Shown here one piece after another: positions 1-6,033 of a DNA stretch of 28,243 bases. The DNA is from Myxococcota bacterium. Its GTDB lineage: Bacteria > Myxococcota_A > UBA9042 > PHBI01 > JAWLBL01. The notes under the pieces are model-generated. The model made no database searches and was not told the origin of the DNA. It saw only the letters and a program-made list of their open reading frames with translations. The stretch covers positions 1 to 28,243 of the forward strand of contig JAWLBL010000049.1 of the NCBI GenBank assembly GCA_041687695.1, written 5' to 3'. The position numbers were made by a program, and so were the translations under genes. How positions within the stretch are numbered: the stretch's first letter is position 1; every line of letters starts with the position of its first letter.

Positions 1-97
1 GTGCGGTTTCCCACACTGACCACAGCTCCGACGACGACTAGGCGTAGGTCCCCTTCGAACGGAACTCCGGCTCATACACCACTTGACAGGACGCTAC
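1..97 (+). mobile_element. Probable right end of an insertion sequence (IS256-like terminal inverted repeat); transposase outside window
   Basis: TACACCACTTGACAGGACGCTAC (75-97) resembles IS256-family termini as recalled. The upstream CGGTTTCCCACACTGACCACAGCTCCGACGACGAC resembles non-coding sequence often seen near IS right ends. No transposase is visible. Confidence 0.4.
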
Positions 98-155
98 TTC
101 CTCGTGGAAAGGAGGCCGCATGATGCCCAAGGCCACTGCGATGGGGAAGGCTTCG

Positions 156-193
156 AAAACGACGAGGGCGCGACCTCGTCGAGGTCACGCCCT
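156..193 (-). terminator. Intrinsic terminator hairpin
   Basis: Minus strand AGGGCGUGACCUC-GAC-GAGGUCGCGCCCU (13 bp, with one U-G pair that works only on this strand), followed by CGUCGUUUU. Confidence 0.65.
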
Positions 194-298
194 GTTCGGG
201 TGAAGGGTGGGTCGCGCGCGTTCTGGGGGGGTCGGTCCCAGTGGTAGTGTTTCCGCCAAGGTTTGTCTCGGGGGGCGGACGCGTCTCACGACCCGCCC
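156..298 (-). ncRNA. Putative sigma-54-dependent small RNA (~140 nt)
   Basis: Bounded by a consensus -24/-12 promoter (predicted TSS ~296) and a terminator hairpin. The 5' stem-loop GGGCGG-GUC(GUGA)GAC-GCGU-CCGCCC starts at the predicted TSS. The unit has no ATG and no SD. Confidence 0.55.
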
Positions 299-306
299 GG
301 CAACTA

Positions 307-322
307 AGCAAGAGGCGTGCCA
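307..322 (-). promoter_or_regulatory. Sigma-54 (RpoN) -24/-12 promoter
   Basis: Minus strand TGGCACG-CCTC-TTGCT is an exact match to the TGGCACG-N4-TTGCW consensus and is intergenic. Confidence 0.8.
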
Positions 323-351
323 GCACACATGGAGCCGCCATGACCGGCTCC

Positions 352-400
352 GGGGGGCCGAAAGCGGCCCGTGGCGCGCTTCGGGGGCCGCTTCTCCCCC
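352..400 (-). terminator. Hairpin downstream of the metallophosphoesterase gene (possible terminator)
   Basis: Inverted repeat AAGCGGCCC (362-370) / GGGCCGCTT (385-393), extended by G6/C5 runs; ~55 bp after the stop codon; weak U tract. Confidence 0.4.
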
Positions 401-453
401 GTCAGGCCTGAGGCCAATCGGCCTCGGTGGGGTCTAGTGGCCGCAGTCCGGGG

Positions 454-1896
454 TCAGTAGGGCAGCGGGTCGCCTTCCTGCCAACGCTCGAAGACGACAT
501 ACACCTGGTCGGGGGCGACCGGGCGCACGATGAGGAAACGACGCGCCCGGGCGAGCGTCGTCTCGCGTTCGCTGTCGAGGACCGGGGCCCAGGTCCCCAG
601 GTTGTAGTAGCGGCCGCCGCCGGCCAGGGGGCGCCGCTCGGGGCGGTGGCTGTGGCCGAAGGCGACCACCGGGACCCGCAGGTGGCCGGCGATCTGCTCG
701 GCGACCAGGCCCCAGCGGCCGCGCTCCTGCAGCGCCAGGCTGCCGCGGCCCATCGCGCGCAGGACGAAGGTCAGCGCCGGCAACAGGGTCAGCAGCAGCA
801 GCCCCTGCGTCCAGGTGCGCGCGGCGATGACGCCGACCGTCAGGATGAGCGCGCCCAGCACCGCGATCAGGAAGCGGTCCAGCCACAGCTCGTGCAGCAG
901 GTGGCGGAAGCGGTCGGCGATGGGGCTCGAGCTCAGGCGCTCGAGGACGCCGATGAAGCCGGCGTCGACGCCCTTGGCCTGCCCGTAGGCGCGGTAGCGG
1001 GCCTGGCGCTCGGCCTCGGAGCCGCGGGCGCGGCGGCGCATCGCGCGCACGTCGAGGAGGGCACGCACGGAGGCGGCCATGAAGGGTCGGAACAGCGGGC
1101 GGCGCGGCCAGTAGAACTTGACGAAGTGCCGCATGTAGCCGCCGAGCGACATGATGAAGCTCTCGTCGTTATAGGGGTTGAAGGTCCCCAGGCGGCTGAG
1201 CGTGTAGCGCGCCATGACCGACCCGAACGAGCTCTCGATCTCGGCCGGCCGGCGGCGCGACGGCGGCAGCACGGGCGACAGCACGTCGCGGTAGCTGCAG
1301 GTCGTGTCGTACTGCTGGCCGTGCTCGGCGTAGAGCACGCCCGGCACGTACAGGAACCAGGGCTCGACGCTGACGGCGGCGGCGACCTGCTCGCCCGTGC
1401 CGATGGGCGCGCGCGCGGCCAGGGCCTGCCGCAGGACCTCCTGCACCTCGGGGAAGGTCAGCTCGCGGTCGTGGTTGCCCATGACGAAGGTGGCGCGGTT
1501 GCCGCGGCCCAGGAACCAGGCCAGCGTATCGAAGAACAGCGGGTGGTCCTCGATGATGCGGCGCATCTTGTAGACGCTGCCTTCGGACGAGGGCGGCAGC
1601 CCGATGGGGGGCGCCTCGACGCCCGGCGGCGCCGAGAAGACGGCGTCGAAGTCGAAGGTGTCGCCGTTGAAGACGATCTCGGTGCGGGAAAAGCGCGCGG
1701 GGCGCCGGCGCTCGAGCGAGCGCAGCAGGCCGGCGAGCGCCTCGTCCTGGATGGCGTCGACGGCCTTGTACTCCCACCAGCCGGGCGCGGGGGGGCGGAT
1801 CACCTCGGTCAGATGCACGTCGCTGACCAGCGCGTACTCGGTGCGTCCATCCGAATGCGGGACATGGATACTGACGGGGCCGGCCCCTGGCCTCAT
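454..1896 (-). CDS. Calcineurin-like metallophosphoesterase (LpxH-like) with an inserted transmembrane hairpin, ~480 aa
   Basis: Motifs SDVHL, GDTFD, GNHD, EHG, GHSH. Two hydrophobic segments precede GHSH. Start moved to ATG 1896 (GAGGAGG upstream) because the longer ORF overlaps the next gene. Confidence 0.88.
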   Translation of the reverse strand: MRPGAGPVSIHVPHSDGRTEYALVSDVHLTEVIRPPAPGWWEYKAVDAIQDEALAGLLRSLERRRPARFSRTEIVFNGDTFDFDAVFSAPPGVEAPPIGLPPSSEGSVYKMRRIIEDHPLFFDTLAWFLGRGNRATFVMGNHDRELTFPEVQEVLRQALAARAPIGTGEQVAAAVSVEPWFLYVPGVLYAEHGQQYDTTCSYRDVLSPVLPPSRRRPAEIESSFGSVMARYTLSRLGTFNPYNDESFIMSLGGYMRHFVKFYWPRRPLFRPFMAASVRALLDVRAMRRRARGSEAERQARYRAYGQAKGVDAGFIGVLERLSSSPIADRFRHLLHELWLDRFLIAVLGALILTVGVIAARTWTQGLLLLTLLPALTFVLRAMGRGSLALQERGRWGLVAEQIAGHLRVPVVAFGHSHRPERRPLAGGGRYYNLGTWAPVLDSERETTLARARRFLIVRPVAPDQVYVVFERWQEGDPLPY

Positions 1897-1938
1897 CGGT
1901 CTCGCGCCTCCTCGCGCCGCCCGCTGCGGCGGGCGCCG

Positions 1939-1967
1939 GTTGTACCCGACGCCCGCCGGGTTGTCGA
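1939..1967 (-). promoter_or_regulatory. Candidate sigma-70-type promoter of the metallophosphoesterase
   Basis: TCGACA-N17-TACAAC on the minus strand, ~40 bp upstream of the start. Confidence 0.4.
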
Positions 1968-1999
1968 TCGATGGCGGCGGGCGAGGAGGCGCGATGACG

Positions 2000-2884
2000 T
2001 CAGCGGCACTGATCGAGGTGCGTCGGGTGGAAGCCCTTCTCGAGCAGACGGATGGCGCACTGCTCGTCGACGCGACGGCACTTGTCCAGGTGCGTCGGGT
2101 GGTGGCCCTTGTCGAGCAGCGTCGCGGCGCAGCCGGGCGTGAGGTCGGCGGTGCAGTGCGACAGGTGCGTGGGGTGGTGGCCGCGGGCGAGGAGCTCCTC
2201 GGCGCACCAGGGCTCGACCCGCACGCACTGGTCGAGGTGCGTCGGGTGGTGGCCCTTCTCGAGCAGGGCCACGGCGCAGCGCTGGTTGACGCCACGGCAC
2301 TTGTCGAGGTGCGTCGGGTGGTGGCCCTTGTCGATGAGCACCGAGTCGCAGGTCTTGACCGGCTTGGGCGGCGGCGGCGGCGGCGGCGGCGGCGGGACCG
2401 GGACCGGCGGCGGCGCGACCACCACGTCGTCGTCGGCGCTCAGCGGCAGGGCGCCGATGTCGCCGGTGTCGCGGAGCTTGCGGTACCGCTGCAGCGCGCG
2501 ATCGACGTCTCGGAAGATGACGCTCTGGCGGGCCTCATCGCCGGGCCGCCACGGGCGGTTGACCACGACCTCGCTGTCGCGAGCCTGCTTGGCGCGCTTG
2601 CCCTGCAGCATGGGGCGCACCAGGATCTCGCGGCCGCGCGCGTCGGCCCACACCGAGCGCAGGCTCCAGCGGATGGCGCGCGTCTCGAGGCGGCCCGGGC
2701 TCTCGACGACGTCGGGCTCGGCCAGGATGCGATAGCCCACGTGTTGCATCGGGGCGGGCGGCGGTTTGACGATGGCGCCGGGCGGCCTGGGCCCGCCGGG
2801 GCGGGCGGGCGCGGCCGGGGCGACGAGCAGGGCGACGGCCGCGAGGCTGGCGGCGAGGGCGAGGCGATGATGGAGGGGTCTCAT
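2000..2884 (-). CDS. Secreted hypothetical protein with a Pro-rich linker and five C-terminal Cys/His repeats, ~294 aa
   Basis: Signal peptide MRPLHHRLALAASLAAVALLVAPAAPA; poly-Pro linker; five copies of C-x3-L(L/I)-x-(K/R)G(H/F)HPTHL-x2-C. Variation between repeats preserves this reading frame. Confidence 0.8.
   Translation of the reverse strand: MRPLHHRLALAASLAAVALLVAPAAPARPGGPRPPGAIVKPPPAPMQHVGYRILAEPDVVESPGRLETRAIRWSLRSVWADARGREILVRPMLQGKRAKQARDSEVVVNRPWRPGDEARQSVIFRDVDRALQRYRKLRDTGDIGALPLSADDDVVVAPPPVPVPPPPPPPPPPKPVKTCDSVLIDKGHHPTHLDKCRGVNQRCAVALLEKGHHPTHLDQCVRVEPWCAEELLARGHHPTHLSHCTADLTPGCAATLLDKGHHPTHLDKCRRVDEQCAIRLLEKGFHPTHLDQCR
2003..2350 (-). repeat. Intragenic ~72-bp tandem repeat (5 copies) encoding Cys/His modules
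   Basis: AGGTGCGTCGGGTGG(TGG)CCCTT and close variants recur on the + strand at ~72-75 bp spacing. Confidence 0.85.
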
Positions 2885-3014
2885 GGCGTCTTCCGAGGTA
2901 GGTCGATGAGCGGCGAGGGTCGCTGCACGAGGCGGTGGACGGCGAAGCGTCCGCGCCATTCATCGCAAACGGGCGCTTCGACGCAAGCCGCGTGACTCCG
3001 CGAGGCCCGCGGGA

Positions 3015-3042
3015 TTGAACCTGCCAGCCACCCGACTAAGAT
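3015..3042 (+). promoter_or_regulatory. Candidate sigma-70-type promoter of the NYN gene
   Basis: TTGAAC-N16-TAAGAT in the divergent intergenic region. Confidence 0.45.
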
Positions 3043-3109
3043 GGGCGCGGCTCCGGGCGACCATGTCGGCCGGGCGGAGCCGTGTGAGCCAACACGCCGC
3101 ACCGTCACG

Positions 3110-3126
3110 TGCACAATCTTGTTGCA
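3110..3126. promoter_or_regulatory. NtrC-box-like palindrome
   Basis: TGCACAATCTTGTTGCA compared with the NtrC consensus TGCACCA-N3-TGGTGCA; AT-rich in a GC-rich background. Confidence 0.35.
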
Positions 3127-3162
3127 GATCGCGTGCGGCCATCGTCCTTGAGGTGCGTCCAG

Positions 3163-4488
3163 ATGGATGCCTCTTCGACCGCGATCCTGATCGATTTCGA
3201 GAACCTGATCCTCGGCCTGCAGCCCGAGACGCCCGAGGAAGGCTCGGACGACATGGTGCTGCCGCTCGACGTCAGCCTGTTCTTCCGGCTGGCCGAGGAA
3301 GAGGGGCCGGTGGCCATCGCGCAGGCCTACGCGGACTGGCGGCTGGGGCTGTACAACCGCCACCAGGTCGAGCTGTACAAGCACGGCGTCGAGCTGGTCC
3401 ACGTGCTGGGGCGCAACTTCAAGAACGCCGTCGACGTGCGCATGGCCGTGGACGCCGTCGAGATGATCTACGAGCGCCCGCACATCAAGACGTACGTGGT
3501 CGTCAGCGGCGACCGCGACTTCATCCACGTGCTCAAGGTGCTGCGCAAGAACGACAAGCGCGTCATCGGCGTCGCGCCAGCGCGCAGCGCCAGCGAGGAT
3601 CTCGCGGGGCTGTGCGACCGCTTCGTGACCTACCGCGCGCTGTGGCGCACCCACCACGAGCAGGACGAGGCCTCGGAGCCCGGCGAGCCGTGGGAGGACC
3701 TCAAGGCGCGCATCGCCATCCTGCTGGCCAGCCACGCGGGCGAGGAGGGCCTGGTCGGCGCGCAGATGAAGCCGCTCATCCGGCGGCACCTGTCGCCGAC
3801 CTTCGACGAGGCCAACTACGGCTTCTCGAAGCTGACGAACCTGCTGAGGGCGATGCCGGACGTGGTGCGGGTCGACCAGCCGGTGCCCGACGGCGACGTC
3901 CGCATCTATCCCCTGCTGGACGCGGGCGAGGCGCAGCAGCTGGCGCAGGCGGTCGGGGCCTCGGCGCTGGTGACCCAGAGCACCGATCCCATGCGGCGCT
4001 TCCTGACGCAGGCCCGCGAGCGCCTCATCCACTGGCGCTACGAGTGGAGCCCGGCGACGCGGCGCGAGCTGCTGGCGGCCATCCACGAGGTCATGGTGGC
4101 CGAGCCGCCGTTCACGCAGGACGAGATCATCCACGCGATCCAGCACGGGCCCATCGGGCAGCGCGAGGGCATCACCACCACTCAGATCGCGCGCTACCTG
4201 TCCATCTGCTACCAGTCGCTGATGTTCCACATCGAGCAGAACGACAAGGATCTCCCGGTGCGGACGCGGCGGCTGACGCTCCGCGAGGAGTACGAGGCGC
4301 TGCCCGACTTCGTCGCCCGCTACGAGCAGAGCATCGTCTACAAGATCGGCGAGCTGCTGCCCGAGGACCCGCACGAGGCGCTGTGCTGCACCTGCCGGCT
4401 GCTGGGCTTCGGCGACGCCGATGAGGCCGAGGAGGCGCACCTGACGTACGTGCGCGCGCTGCTCGAGCGCGCAACCCGGCGCGGGTGA
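3163..4488 (+). CDS. NYN (LabA/DUF88, PIN-like) domain protein with an OST-HTH/LOTUS domain and a C-terminal extension, ~441 aa
   Basis: ILIDFENL, AYADW, KNAVDVRMAVDA, VVSGDRDF, ASEDLAGLCDRF (NYN); PTFDEANYGFSKLTNLL (LOTUS); GAGGTG SD before ATG 3163. Confidence 0.92.
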   Translation: MDASSTAILIDFENLILGLQPETPEEGSDDMVLPLDVSLFFRLAEEEGPVAIAQAYADWRLGLYNRHQVELYKHGVELVHVLGRNFKNAVDVRMAVDAVEMIYERPHIKTYVVVSGDRDFIHVLKVLRKNDKRVIGVAPARSASEDLAGLCDRFVTYRALWRTHHEQDEASEPGEPWEDLKARIAILLASHAGEEGLVGAQMKPLIRRHLSPTFDEANYGFSKLTNLLRAMPDVVRVDQPVPDGDVRIYPLLDAGEAQQLAQAVGASALVTQSTDPMRRFLTQARERLIHWRYEWSPATRRELLAAIHEVMVAEPPFTQDEIIHAIQHGPIGQREGITTTQIARYLSICYQSLMFHIEQNDKDLPVRTRRLTLREEYEALPDFVARYEQSIVYKIGELLPEDPHEALCCTCRLLGFGDADEAEEAHLTYVRALLERATRRG

Positions 4489-4492
4489 GCCG

Positions 4493-4966
4493 TCAGGTCA
4501 GCCCACGCGCGCGGGCCCAGGCGGCGAGCACGTCGGGATAGGGCATGCAGCTGTGCCGCTCCGACACCCAGGCCGTGGCCTCGTCCAGGGTCATGCCGCG
4601 GTGGGCGGCCAGGTAGCCGATGACCACCGACGGCGAGCGGTTGAGGCCGGCCGTGCAGTGGACGTAGACCTTGCGCCCGGCGGCGACGTGTTGGGCCACC
4701 GCGTCGACGGCGGCCTCGAGGTGGCGCTCGAGGTCCTTGCGATCGAAGTCGCGGACCGGGACGCGGGTCGTCGAGATCCCGGCGCGCATGTACAGCTGCC
4801 ACAGGACGCCCCACGACAGGCCGCGGCTGGCGAGGTCCTCGTCGCTCTGGAGCGTCACGAGCGCGCGGACGCCGCCGACCTCGCGCAGCCACTGGATCTG
4901 CTCGGGCGTGTGCGGGTGGCTCCCGACCGCGAGGGTGTCGTCGAGGTCGCTGAAGTGCTGGAGCAT
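4493..4966 (-). CDS. Dual-specificity phosphatase, SEX4/LSF2/laforin-like catalytic domain, 157 aa
   Basis: CX5R loop VHCTAGLNRSP; D-loop VRDFD; VGSHP and LQSDEDL motifs. Confidence 0.9.
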   Translation of the reverse strand: MLQHFSDLDDTLAVGSHPHTPEQIQWLREVGGVRALVTLQSDEDLASRGLSWGVLWQLYMRAGISTTRVPVRDFDRKDLERHLEAAVDAVAQHVAAGRKVYVHCTAGLNRSPSVVIGYLAAHRGMTLDEATAWVSERHSCMPYPDVLAAWARARGLT

Positions 4967-5015
4967 GCGGGACTCCCGGGCGTTCGGCCGCGACGGACGC
5001 CGTCGGCGGGCGATT

Positions 5016-5045
5016 AGTCTAGCCGGTTCGCGACGTTCCGGCCAA
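5016..5045 (-). promoter_or_regulatory. Candidate sigma-70-type promoter of the DSP gene
   Basis: TTGGCC-N18-TAGACT; the same hexamer pair recurs upstream of the mutase gene. Confidence 0.4.
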
Positions 5046-5064
5046 TCCGTGTTATGAGGCCCTC

Positions 5065-6033
5065 GTGTTCGAGCCCTACCCCTCCCCGGCCCCGACGCCG
5101 CCCCGCCGCGCGGCCTCGGGGTGGCTCGCCGTGAACGTGGTCGCGGCCTGGGCGGGGGTGCTGGTCGGCGTCGCCCTGGGGTGGCCCGAGGCCGCGCCGC
5201 CAGCCGTGGTCGACGCGCGCCCGCTCGGGGCCCCGACGCTGCCCGCGCGCATCACGCCTGCCGCGCCCGCGGGGTCCGACGGCGTGGCGCACCCCGAGCT
5301 GGAGGGCCTGCGGTTTCGCGGCTGGCACGGCATCGACTCGGACGCCGAGCCCCCGCCCGACGCGGCCCTGCGCTGGGCCCTGCTGGCCGACGGCGCGGGC
5401 CGGCGCGTCACGATGGTGCGCTTCTCCCGCGACGCGCTCGAGGCCGCGCTGATGCCGTCGGCCGCCAACGCGCTCGAGCGGCCCGAGCTGAGCGCCGCCG
5501 TCAAGGTCGACGCCGAGCGCGTGGCCGCCGTGCTGGATCTGGGCGTCCCGGCCGGCGCCATGCTGGACGGCCACCTGGTCGGCGTCCTGCACCGGGCCGC
5601 GCCCATGCTGGCCATCGAAGGGGGCTACGTGCGCCTGGCGGCCGACGCCTCGGACGTCCCGTCGTGGAGCCACGTCGCGCAGGGCCGCGCGCCCGAGTCC
5701 GGCGAGCCCTTCGCCGGCGTCGCCATCCTGGCCGACGGATACGCGCTGTGGGTGCACGCCGTGGGCGTCGGGCCCGACGCGATCTCGGCCCTGCTGGCGC
5801 GCCTGGGGGCGCGTCGGATCGTCCTGCACGCCGGGGTGGATGCGCTCCGCCCCGGTCATCTATACACTCGCCGCAGCGAGCGGACGGGCACCTGGCAGCT
5901 GTCGCGCCGGGCGCTCGTCCCGGGGTCGGGGTTCGAGGCAGTCCCTTCCCTCAAGCTGGACAACGTCCGCCTCGTGCTCCATCACCGGCCCCCGGGCTTC
6001 GTCCCGGACCGAACAGCGACCGTCGAGCGATGA
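5065..6033 (+). CDS. Membrane-anchored hypothetical protein, possibly a degenerate phosphodiester-glycosidase (NAGPA-like) fold, 322 aa
   Basis: N-terminal TM helix; the segment AGVAILADGYALWV...ISALLARLGARRIVL resembles the NAGPA core but lacks LDGGGS; its TGA overlaps the ATG of the next gene. Confidence 0.65.
   Translation: MFEPYPSPAPTPPRRAASGWLAVNVVAAWAGVLVGVALGWPEAAPPAVVDARPLGAPTLPARITPAAPAGSDGVAHPELEGLRFRGWHGIDSDAEPPPDAALRWALLADGAGRRVTMVRFSRDALEAALMPSAANALERPELSAAVKVDAERVAAVLDLGVPAGAMLDGHLVGVLHRAAPMLAIEGGYVRLAADASDVPSWSHVAQGRAPESGEPFAGVAILADGYALWVHAVGVGPDAISALLARLGARRIVLHAGVDALRPGHLYTRRSERTGTWQLSRRALVPGSGFEAVPSLKLDNVRLVLHHRPPGFVPDRTATVER

Noticed and set aside
72..341. 89-aa minus-strand ORF
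   Set aside because: It runs through the sigma-54 promoter, terminator and putative IS end; low-complexity product and no convincing SD.
2003..2350. CRISPR-like or DGR-like repeat array
   Set aside because: The period is a multiple of 3 and variation preserves a protein motif; no Cas or reverse transcriptase gene is present.
5121..6029. N-terminal 303 aa of the 1124-aa ORF
   Set aside because: It is an Arg/Gly-rich off-frame read of the upstream gene; the signal peptide and ATGA coupling place the start at 6030.
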